From assembly GCA_040755995.1 (NCBI GenBank), contig JBFMAF010000030.1, positions 1-62,007 on the forward strand: a stretch of 62,007 nt of DNA, given 5' to 3'. The first letter of the stretch is position 1. The number at the start of each line of letters is the position of its first letter. A program made the translations under genes and the position numbers. Below are positions 1 through 8,279 of the stretch, in pieces. The notes beneath the pieces were generated by a model. It saw only the letters and a program-made list of their open reading frames with translations, made no database searches and had not been told where the DNA came from. The DNA is from Acidobacteriota bacterium (GTDB lineage Bacteria > Acidobacteriota > CAIWXX01).

Positions 1-113
1 TCGGCGTCACCCACCTCGATCCCCCAACGCCGCCCGAAAACGCCGAAACCATCATGTAGTGACCAAATCGAAAACCCGACCCAGGCTTTTCAATGACTTA
101 TGGCAGCCTCCAG
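1..113 (+). mobile_element. Possible 3' end of an insertion sequence (transposase-like C-terminus plus subterminal region; IS1634-like by recollection)
   Basis: Frame 3 reads GVTHLDPPTPPENAETIM then TAG TGA (57-62), followed by TTTTCAATGACTTA. The sequence abuts a 5'-truncated helicase tail. No full transposase or second end is visible. Confidence 0.3.
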
Positions 114-390
114 CAAACATGCGCTAGAGACGGAACTGAAGGAACTGGACAGGGACGTTCGAACCAAGAACAAGGAAGCTCGCCAGGCGGCTGACCTCGA
201 AACCAAACTCCGTCTTCATCGTGAGGCAAGAGAGCTTGAACGTTGCAGAAAAGAGAAACGGCAGGGCCACTACGAAGCGCAAGACGAAATCGACGACCGA
301 AAGGAAGAGCTCATCACCAAGATCGAGGCAAAACTGAAGCAGAAGGCGGAGATCAGGGACCTCTTCACTTTCCATTGGAGGGTTGCATGA
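112..390 (+). pseudogene. C-terminal remnant of an SNF2/DEAD-like helicase of R-M/defence operons
   Basis: KHALETELKELD...EAQDEIDDRKEELITKIEAKLKQ...LFTFHWRV resembles the coiled-coil tail of these helicases. In-frame TGA at 94-96 just upstream, so the gene is 5'-truncated. Confidence 0.65.
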
Positions 391-578
391 CGGACTCCCC
401 CGATACGATCGTGGCCGCGAAGATCATTGAAGATGTTTCGAAGTTGAAGGGTGTTGACCCCAACAAGGTCGCGGAAATGGCCAAGAAACTCAAGGCGGGG
501 TCCATGACCCAGGACGACTGGCGGAGATTCGCCGATGGATCCCGCCCCAGGAAGGAGGTGAAGCCCGATGCCCACTAG
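387..578 (+). CDS. Small hypothetical protein (63 aa) translationally coupled to the helicase remnant and the ATPase
   Basis: ATGA overlap at 387-390 with GGAGG upstream. MTDSPDTIVAAKIIEDV...KLKAGSMTQDDWRRFA; its 3' end overlaps the next ATG (568). Confidence 0.7.
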   Translation: MTDSPDTIVAAKIIEDVSKLKGVDPNKVAEMAKKLKAGSMTQDDWRRFADGSRPRKEVKPDAH

Positions 579-2913
579 GATCTCCAAACTGGTGATCAAG
601 GATTTCAGAGGCGCGACATGCCCTGTCGAACTCGAATTCGACGTGACCAAACCAGCTGTGCTGATATTCGGTGAGAATGGTACGGGCAAATCGACCCTGG
701 TTGATGCCATAGATTTTGTGTGCAACCAGAAATTCGGGTCTTTGACGGAACGCAGTTCCATCAGCCCCAAATCGCACCTTCCTGCACTCGGGAGGAAGGC
801 AAACGATATCTCTATCACGCTTTCTTCAGAGGACAATTCATGGACTGGCGTCATGGGCAAGGACCACCCCCAGTACTCGGGAACTGCAATCCCGCCGCCG
901 AGAGCCAGGATTCTAAGACGGAGCCAGATTCTCACTCTCGTCAATGCACAACCGAAAGCCCGTTACGACGCTCTCCGCGGTTTCATCGAAGTCCCGGCGG
1001 TGGAGAAGTCGGAATGCGCATTAGGAGAGGCAGTCAATGAGGCCAAGCGGGACTACGACGAAGCGGTCCGCGCCAGAGCGCAAGCCGAAGAGGCGCTGCA
1101 CAAATACTGGTCGGCAGAAGGATCGCCGCCGCCAGGACATATCCCATGGGCCGAGGCGCGTGCAAGGGAAGACGCCGGCGCGCTTCAGGGAAGCGGCCAG
1201 AACGCAACCGCGATTCTGAACTTGGTTGCCGCCCTTGACCAAGCCAGTGCGAATCTGGATCGGTGCGCCTCAGAGTACGCGGCCACAACCCGGCAACTCG
1301 AGAGAGCGGCCGCAGAGTTGAAACGGGCAGAAGACGAGGGCTCAGAGCAAGACAGGGAGTTACTTGCAGTCCTCAAGGACGCGCGAACCTATCTCGCCAA
1401 GCACGCCTCAGCGAACACATGTCCGGTCTGCGAACAGCGGATCGTCACTGCCAACGTGCTGAACCGAATCGAACAACGGCTTTCATCAATGGCGGCGGTC
1501 ACGACGGCCAAGACTGGGATTGACACCGCTGAGAGAAACCACAAGGTTGCCGAAGGAGCACTTAACAGGAGTCGCCAGGCTTTCGTGGGGGCCGCGGCAC
1601 GCGCGGGGCGGGAACTTCGTGCCTCCTTGCTCGCACCGATCGCGGCCGAGAACCAGGCCTGGGATAAGTACCAAGCGTTACTGATGCCGGAAACGGTAGT
1701 CACTATGGAAACGATGGAGCAGTCGGTCAACATACTCGCAGTGGGCGCCAAGATAAGGACAGCATTGACGACACTGAGGGACGATGCTCAGAAACGAACC
1801 AGTCAACTCTCCGGGATAAAGACACAGCTTCAAACGATTGACGAGAAGACCAGGGCTTCCGAGGAGGCCAAAGACCTCTACGACCGCTTGGCGGAACTGA
1901 GCACGATTGTGGCAAGCCGACGCAAGGAGTACGTCGAAGGTGTCCTGACGGCCATATCCTCATCCGTGGAAGCCCTCTATGGCCGTCTACATCCTGGCGA
2001 AGGCATCGGACAGATCAAGTTGTACCTTCGGGCGAACGTGAAAGGGTCCCTCGAATTCGACGCCGCCTTTCAAGGGCAAACTGACGTACCGCCGCAGGCA
2101 TATTACAGCGAATCCCACCTCGACACGCTAGGCGTTTGCGTCTTTCTCGCACTGGCCAAGCACTTCAACGACGGCAACACGATCGTCGTACTAGACGATG
2201 TCGTTACCTCGGTGGACGAGGCGCACATGGATCGCTTCATTCAGGTTCTGCATGACGAAGCGACGAACTTCGGCCAACTGGTAGTCGCCACGCACTACAG
2301 ACCATGGCGTGACCGATATCGATTTGCCCTCGGGCCGGCGGGCAATGTGCAATTGATCGAACTGCTGCATTGGTCGCTGCCGCGCGGAATACGCCACACG
2401 CGAACCAAACTAGCTCTGGATGACCTCGAAGGGCATGTTGAGACGGAACCCATGGACAGACAGATCGTGGCGTCTAAGGCCGGCGTCCTCCTGGAGAGTC
2501 TTCTCGATCATCTCGCCCTCGTTTATCGCTGCAAGCTCCCGCGTCAACCTAGACCAGACTACACGCTGGGCGACCTACTGGGCTGCATCGGGAAGAAACT
2601 GAAGAAGGGCCTCAAGATAGAGAAACTCGCCAATGACGGGACCGTCGGCCTGACGCATGAACTTGAGAGCCCGCTTAATGAACTCAGAGGTACGGCGTGG
2701 GTAAGAAACCAAGTCGGGTGTCATTGGAGCTTCGACGGGTCTTCCGTCGCTGATCCAGAAGTAAAAGCATTCGGCACAAGAACGATCGCACTCGGCAGGG
2801 TGCTCATATGCGATCAATGTGGTCAACTACCGTTGAAGAACAAGACTGGTGGATACTGGCAGTGCGCTTGTGGCAGGACGCACCTGACGCCGGTGGATAA
2901 TCCTGACCTGTGA
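568..2913 (+). CDS. Rad50/SMC-type ABC ATPase with coiled coil, zinc hook and C-terminal HEPN-like domain plus Zn ribbon (RloC-like)
   Basis: Walker A GENGTGKST, CPVC hook, signature-like YSESHLDTLG, Walker B VVLDDVV, H-loop ATH, RNQVGCH (Rx5H), CDQC...CACG. RBS GGAGGT upstream. Confidence 0.8.
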   Translation: MPTRISKLVIKDFRGATCPVELEFDVTKPAVLIFGENGTGKSTLVDAIDFVCNQKFGSLTERSSISPKSHLPALGRKANDISITLSSEDNSWTGVMGKDHPQYSGTAIPPPRARILRRSQILTLVNAQPKARYDALRGFIEVPAVEKSECALGEAVNEAKRDYDEAVRARAQAEEALHKYWSAEGSPPPGHIPWAEARAREDAGALQGSGQNATAILNLVAALDQASANLDRCASEYAATTRQLERAAAELKRAEDEGSEQDRELLAVLKDARTYLAKHASANTCPVCEQRIVTANVLNRIEQRLSSMAAVTTAKTGIDTAERNHKVAEGALNRSRQAFVGAAARAGRELRASLLAPIAAENQAWDKYQALLMPETVVTMETMEQSVNILAVGAKIRTALTTLRDDAQKRTSQLSGIKTQLQTIDEKTRASEEAKDLYDRLAELSTIVASRRKEYVEGVLTAISSSVEALYGRLHPGEGIGQIKLYLRANVKGSLEFDAAFQGQTDVPPQAYYSESHLDTLGVCVFLALAKHFNDGNTIVVLDDVVTSVDEAHMDRFIQVLHDEATNFGQLVVATHYRPWRDRYRFALGPAGNVQLIELLHWSLPRGIRHTRTKLALDDLEGHVETEPMDRQIVASKAGVLLESLLDHLALVYRCKLPRQPRPDYTLGDLLGCIGKKLKKGLKIEKLANDGTVGLTHELESPLNELRGTAWVRNQVGCHWSFDGSSVADPEVKAFGTRTIALGRVLICDQCGQLPLKNKTGGYWQCACGRTHLTPVDNPDL

Positions 2914-3390
2914 GGAGAACATGGTGCCGGGGAAGCAAGAGCGGGAAATGACCCGGATCGGCAAGTGGAGGACCTCGGGACATACGAAAGATCATGGTCA
3001 ACCGGTCGTCCACCTCGGGGCATGAAAGTCGGCAGGAGGCCGATATGCTTGGGTTGGAGTGGTTAGTAGGAAGTAAGTACTCGTGAGCAGTTGGTGGCCC
3101 TTCTTGAATGGGGCCCCGTGTCGGAAAAGGACTGAAGGCTTTTCGAGATGAACCCCCGAGTGTTCCATCTGCTCCTGAGGGATTGTACGAACGGTGAACT
3201 GGCTCGTCCAGTCTGTGTTTCAGCGAGTGATTGTCTCCAGCTTCATCGCTACTGATCTGAACCGCCACCTGCGGCGGCGCAAAACATGCTCGCTCGGCTG
3301 GCAGCCACGCGTTCGATCCGAGGATCGACCACCCGAGGATGTCGTGGACTTGGCCGTCGTTGTTGACTGCCGGCGTCTGATCACGCGGGC

Positions 3391-5094
3391 TTACCGCCTC
3401 TCGCGCAAGGAGGCTGTACTCGCAACATCGAAGAACAGTCCTCTGAGAAACGACCGTGGCGTTTGGCCCTGCCGTTGAAGCTCCAGCATCGCGAGGAGGT
3501 CGGCGTCGCCCAACACGAGTATCATCTTCTTGTCTCCGCTGAATGTGTCAATCAGCTTTCTTTCTTTGGGCGTGCGTATTCCTCGCTTTACCAAGATGCC
3601 GAGCCCCCTCTGCGGCCCGTCCAGATAATGGCTGAGTTGCTCAAAATGCGCTTTGGTCAAGGTGTGCGTATTCTTGATCTCCACCACAACGATCGGTCCG
3701 TACGTGTTGGCTATGCGACTCCAAAAGCCCTTGTCCGCCTCCACTAGTGCCACCAAATCCGGTTTGTCTTGACCATCCAGCGTCTCTGCTTGCGGCGAGG
3801 TATGAACCCACTCCTCAAAGAGGAACGGGAGTATGGATGCCACCAGGTCCTGGTACCGCTTCCAGTCGCGCTCGCCAGGTACCAGACCCACAACCCCCGA
3901 GATGAACCTATTGGCTTCCACGGCGACATGCTGGTCGCGGGCCGCTTGTTTCGCAGGCCGGAGTAGACCATCAACAGCGGAGTGGCGTCGGCATACTTTT
4001 CCGAAATGGGGCGTGTCATAGGCTTTCAGCAGCGCCTGCAGGGTCTCCACCAAGTGAGTTCTCATCTCGATGATCTGCCTGTTCTTGTTGATCTCACTAG
4101 ACCTGCAGAAATCCGTAATCATCGCCGCCATCATCATGGCGTTCTTCATGTTGCTCAACCAACAGCTCGCCGGGAGGCCCTGCCTGGATGTCAATAGGAA
4201 GGTGCCATAGTTAAAGACCGTAACGCCGAAACTGTCGTCGGTGAACATCGGTGCGAACGGTTGCTCCGCGGTGGTGGGCTTCCGTCTGAGCAGGGTCAGA
4301 ATGGCCTCAATTTCTTCGCTCTCCAGGCGCAGAAAGTGCTCTGGTTGACCTGCGTACCTGACAGGCGACGCCACTAGGTAGGGCCTAAATTGACTGTAAT
4401 CCTTGTCTTGCAGCAACAGCGCCCCACTGATAGCTGCGGACATCCCTCGCAGGACGAACTCGAGAGAGGCGGGCTGGCTCTTGAACAAGAAGGGCTTTGC
4501 ATCGTGAGAGGTAAGCCGTGCCGACGAGGCCGCGATCTGCGAGAACTCGAGATCGCCCTCAAGATCCACATTTAGCCCAACGGACCAGCCGGTCGGGCAC
4601 AGATATGCACTTGGGAAGACACGAGCAGCCTGAAGGCCGTCAAGCCCCAAACTGGAGATATGGTCTTGGTTCATCCGGATCAGGTCGGCGTCCTGGAACA
4701 CGACACGATGGGGAGCCAGCCCGAACCAGTTCCCTTTGAGAGGCAACACCTGGGCGTAATAGCTCGCCCAGAACTGGTGAGGCTTCTTGACCCTCCCGCG
4801 GATCGTGCGAGACAGCCTGAAGCGACGGCCCATCGGGTCGAGGCCGATGGCATTCTGCCGTCCGCCTCGAGAACCGTAGGAATCCTTGTCCAAGACTTGG
4901 CGGCCAAACTCTGAGAGTGCCTCCGAATTGAGCAGATCGAGGCAGCTCTGCACCCAAAAGATGTCGAACCGGAATTTTCTCATCCTCAGGTTGAACATGG
5001 CGTCCAATGGTGCTAGGCTAATTATAATAGTTGGCTGAGCACCCCGAAAGGGGGTCTGATTGACGAAAGTCCCTCCGACTGGGAGGGCGTTCAC
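3391..5094 (-). CDS. Hypothetical protein with C-terminal PD-(D/E)xK (Mrr-like) restriction endonuclease domain
   Basis: C-terminus DWKRYQDLVASILPFLF...DGQDKPDLV...VVEIKN...EQLSHYL...ILVLGDADLLAM. The N-terminal ~380 aa were not recognised. Start uncertain. Confidence 0.7.
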   Translation of the reverse strand: MNALPVGGTFVNQTPFRGAQPTIIISLAPLDAMFNLRMRKFRFDIFWVQSCLDLLNSEALSEFGRQVLDKDSYGSRGGRQNAIGLDPMGRRFRLSRTIRGRVKKPHQFWASYYAQVLPLKGNWFGLAPHRVVFQDADLIRMNQDHISSLGLDGLQAARVFPSAYLCPTGWSVGLNVDLEGDLEFSQIAASSARLTSHDAKPFLFKSQPASLEFVLRGMSAAISGALLLQDKDYSQFRPYLVASPVRYAGQPEHFLRLESEEIEAILTLLRRKPTTAEQPFAPMFTDDSFGVTVFNYGTFLLTSRQGLPASCWLSNMKNAMMMAAMITDFCRSSEINKNRQIIEMRTHLVETLQALLKAYDTPHFGKVCRRHSAVDGLLRPAKQAARDQHVAVEANRFISGVVGLVPGERDWKRYQDLVASILPFLFEEWVHTSPQAETLDGQDKPDLVALVEADKGFWSRIANTYGPIVVVEIKNTHTLTKAHFEQLSHYLDGPQRGLGILVKRGIRTPKERKLIDTFSGDKKMILVLGDADLLAMLELQRQGQTPRSFLRGLFFDVASTASLRERR

Positions 5095-5168
5095 CGGCCC
5101 TAGGGCCGGGTCGCAAAGCAGTACCGGACCGTCCGTCGAGGCAACCTACGTGTTGCTCGAACAGGGCG

Positions 5169-5463
5169 GGCCACGGGGAGCAGCAAACCCTCGCCGACCC
5201 CCTGGAGGAGGCGTCCGGCTTCCATCGCCGGAAGCGATGGTGCTGTGCCGCAGAAGAAACTCATGCCTGTGAATATCAGCAGCCCACGATGTAGGTGCGG
5301 GTACGTCCCAGCATATCGCCCAACCACGACACAACGGTAATCGCAATGGCCGAGCCCATGAGGTACGAGATGATGACCCACTGAATCTCCTGCAGATCAG
5401 TCCTGGCATCATCTTGGGCAGAGTGAGGTCGGCGGTCGTGGTCACCAGCGGGGCGAAGAGGAG
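5169..5463 (-). pseudogene. Frameshifted N-terminal fragment of a DHA2 (EmrB/QacA) MFS transporter
   Basis: Joined across frames: LTLPKMM / DLQEIQWVIISYLMGSAIAITVVSWLGDMLGRTRTYIV / LLIFTGMSFFCGTAPSLPAMEAGRLLQGVGEGLLLPVA. Confidence 0.75.
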
Positions 5464-5495
5464 CGGAGATTCTCGAAGAAGGCCTTCTTGGAGGG

Positions 5496-6443
5496 TCAGG
5501 AGCCCGGTTCGAGAGGCGTCGGGCCGTTGAACCAGATCACGTGGTCCGGTTCCTCCGCAATCCACACTCGCGTTCCCCATGCCAGCTGCTCGATGAACCT
5601 GCGCATGGTGCTCCGGTCCGGAAAAGCGCTTACGTAGACCACGCTCCATCCCAACTTCACCGCAGGTGCCACCAGCGCGCCAAGCTCGACGATTCGGCTC
5701 GGCCTGACGGGGCCGGTCGTCGTCACAGCCTCGACAACGACCAGTCGGTGCTCGTGCATGTCCGCGGCCAACACGTCCGGCAGTGCCGCAGCGACATCTA
5801 TCGGCAGGCTCATCTCACGCATAGCCTGCCGATTCTGGTATCCGGTCTTGCGCGCAGTATCTCCCAGATACAGCAGCGTCGGCGAAGCCAGAATTCGCAC
5901 CACGAGCCCTTCAACTACTTCCTTCTCCAATTGGCTATGAGCCCCGCCGCTGAGTTGAACGATCCGGGACCCGACACGCAGCCGTGGGCCGCCCGTGGCA
6001 GATGGCCGGCGTCGAGCCGGCGATGCAAACGAGCTTAGCAGCTCATCGAGAAGCGCGCGTCGCTCTCCAGGAGGACAGGTAAGCAGGCGTTCAAGTGCCT
6101 CGGAGATCCGATAGAACGTGTTTGGATCGTTGGTACTCAACTGATGCCGCGTGACCAGCCCGATCTCGCACAGTGGGCTCAGACTCAGTTTTCGATAACT
6201 CTCCCGCGTATTCTCTGCGACCTTCTTCCGGAATTCGGATCGGGCAAATTGCAGAATGTCATGGATGCGGCACCCGTCCCTGAGACACACCTTGCCCGGC
6301 AGTAGTCCGCCACGAGGGGTGTCGTCCGTCATGGCGAAAAGACAGATCGCCGTCTGTTCGGTGGCCACCCCCCTGGGAAGATCGAGCATCTTCAGTAACG
6401 CCACCGCACGCTTGAGGTCCCTGGCGGTCCGCATGCGGATCAC
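5496..6443 (-). CDS. BsuBI/PstI family type II restriction endonuclease
   Basis: AENTRESYRK, STNDPNTFY, SGGAHSQLEKEVVE, LYLGDTARK, LPDV...VEAVTTTGP, YVSAFPDR, LAWGTRVWIAEEPDHVIWFNG. GTG at 6443 overlaps the MTase stop (alternative ATG 6434). Confidence 0.9.
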   Translation of the reverse strand: MIRMRTARDLKRAVALLKMLDLPRGVATEQTAICLFAMTDDTPRGGLLPGKVCLRDGCRIHDILQFARSEFRKKVAENTRESYRKLSLSPLCEIGLVTRHQLSTNDPNTFYRISEALERLLTCPPGERRALLDELLSSFASPARRRPSATGGPRLRVGSRIVQLSGGAHSQLEKEVVEGLVVRILASPTLLYLGDTARKTGYQNRQAMREMSLPIDVAAALPDVLAADMHEHRLVVVEAVTTTGPVRPSRIVELGALVAPAVKLGWSVVYVSAFPDRSTMRRFIEQLAWGTRVWIAEEPDHVIWFNGPTPLEPGS

Positions 6444-8158
6444 CCAGCCGATTGGATTCGGCCCGAGACACGTCGGGCCGAACGACGGAGCTCTGCGCAT
6501 GCGCTCCGGACACGACGTAGGAGATCCGAGGGGATATCGAGGACGGCCGCAAGCGCCTCGTCAATCTCTTCCCGTTCACCGGTTGTTTGGTACGTCGAGA
6601 GGGCTTCCAACAACCGCACTCGACTCGACGGGGGGAAGGCCCTGACATCAGGGACTCTGATGCCTGAGACTGACCCGGGACTCAGATCGAATACCCCCCC
6701 TCCGTACTGATGGGCCTGCACACGCAGGTTCAGCTCTCCAAATGACGATGCCAGCACGGCCACAAGGAGACGCGAGTCGATTCCCTGCCTCGGCTTGATC
6801 TCGATGAAGTTCTCGCTTGCCGGGACCAAGTCCTGATTCAGCCAGACACGATAGCGGACGTACTGGCGCCGTGGGACGAGGATGGGACATCCGCCCCTTT
6901 CCCCTATTTCGTCCTTCACGTTGTACCAGGGCTCTCGGCTGGCTCGGGCAATCCGCGGCCTCCGATGAACGCCCAGGACCTCTGCAGCCGCTCCGCGAGG
7001 TTTGTACTTCAGACCCTCTCCCCACTGAATGTAGCGACGCACGATCTCATCTCGCACGTCCTCAATCGGCGTGTTGCACGTGAAGAGATGCTGACGGGCA
7101 TCCGATCGTCTCAGCAGGTAATGCTCTGGGCAATCCCTGGGACTATACACATAGGACGTCAAGTACTCCCGCTTGAGTCCCATCTCACGAGCGCGGTCGG
7201 CGGACAGAATGAAGAAGTCCCTGGCAAATGACTGGAATCCGATCCGCGAGGAGGCCAGAGCCGAGAGTGGCACGAACCCCTTGTGGCCTGCGATACGGAA
7301 ATAGGCAGGAGGAGCATACAGCCACGTCGACCACGAGGAGTCAGCCGAGAGCGCCGACTGTCTGATTCGAAAGATACGTGGGGGACGATGTCCCCTCTTA
7401 GGCTCAATGGTAGGCGGCCGTGAGGCCAGAACAGCGAATGAGGTCAGTTCCTGATCGGCGCGCCGGTTCCTTTCCGCCTTGAGCAGCACAGGCCGCACAA
7501 GCACCCCATCGAAGACCCTGTCTGCAAACCCGACAATCGAGCAGATGCGGAAGTGTTCCAGCAGGAACTTCTTGAACGGCCTTCCATATCTGGTGTCGAG
7601 CCAGCTGTCCGTGATGATCATCGCGAGTCGGCCGGATTCCCCCAGGAATCCCGCGGCATGCATGGCGAAATGGCAGGCGAGGTCGGTCAGGCGAGGGAGG
7701 TTGGCATGATCCATCAATCGAAGGACGTCCGGACGGAGCCACCAGCGCCGCACATACGGTGGATTGCCGATCACCGCGTCCATGCGCGGCAGGGTCGGTC
7801 CAAAGAGACCGGAACCTATGTCGAATAGACTCTCCCGCAGCAGGTTGACTCTCGGAATGCCCTCCTTTTTCAGGCTCTGTTCCAGTACGCTCAGCGACGA
7901 TGCGTCCTCATCGACGGCGTACACATTGCGGCAGATATCCTCCGTCTCCGCGCCGAGCTCCCGCAACCGCCTGACGGCCTCAATCGTGAAGACCCCTTCT
8001 CCGGCCCCAGCGTCCAACACCACATCCTCCGGAGACCGTATCGCCCACTGTACGAGATCGGCAGCAATCTCAGGAGGCGTAGGGACTGCCCCCTGGGCCT
8101 TGTCGTTTCTGGGAGGAGCGCCACCCAGGTCCGCCTTCTCTGGGACAAGCACACCCAT
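6440..8158 (-). CDS. N6-adenine DNA methyltransferase (type II, Eco57I/N6_Mtase-like), cognate to the REase
   Basis: PTPPEIA, motif I VLDAGAGEGVF, motif IV IGNPPYVRR. ATG 8158 chosen over TTG 8173. Confidence 0.88.
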   Translation of the reverse strand: MGVLVPEKADLGGAPPRNDKAQGAVPTPPEIAADLVQWAIRSPEDVVLDAGAGEGVFTIEAVRRLRELGAETEDICRNVYAVDEDASSLSVLEQSLKKEGIPRVNLLRESLFDIGSGLFGPTLPRMDAVIGNPPYVRRWWLRPDVLRLMDHANLPRLTDLACHFAMHAAGFLGESGRLAMIITDSWLDTRYGRPFKKFLLEHFRICSIVGFADRVFDGVLVRPVLLKAERNRRADQELTSFAVLASRPPTIEPKRGHRPPRIFRIRQSALSADSSWSTWLYAPPAYFRIAGHKGFVPLSALASSRIGFQSFARDFFILSADRAREMGLKREYLTSYVYSPRDCPEHYLLRRSDARQHLFTCNTPIEDVRDEIVRRYIQWGEGLKYKPRGAAAEVLGVHRRPRIARASREPWYNVKDEIGERGGCPILVPRRQYVRYRVWLNQDLVPASENFIEIKPRQGIDSRLLVAVLASSFGELNLRVQAHQYGGGVFDLSPGSVSGIRVPDVRAFPPSSRVRLLEALSTYQTTGEREEIDEALAAVLDIPSDLLRRVRSACAELRRSARRVSGRIQSAG

Positions 8159-8223
8159 GGATCCAGCTCTCAAGGAAAGTCGGTCCGGCCGGTACGTGCG
8201 GCTTGCTGCTCATGCACGATTTC

Positions 8224-8253
8224 ATTATCAGCGTTGCCGAACAGCTCTGTCAA
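8224..8253 (-). promoter_or_regulatory. Putative sigma70 promoter of the R-M operon
   Basis: TTGACA (8253-8248)-N18-GATAAT (8229-8224). A GCCGAACAGC direct repeat (8236-8245, 8257-8266) flanks the -35. Confidence 0.5.
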
Positions 8254-8279
8254 GGCGCCGAACAGCGCATCAGATTTCG

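Noticed and set aside
2921..3260. Short ORFs after the HEPN ATPase (MVPGKQ..., MLGLEWLVGSK.../TREQLVALL...)
   Set aside because: They have SD-like sites and may be gene remnants, but are too short and broken to assign.
4103..4108. Inferring R-M specificity from CTGCAG avoidance
   Set aside because: CTGCAG occurs here and elsewhere in the window; depletion cannot be judged without counting genome-wide.
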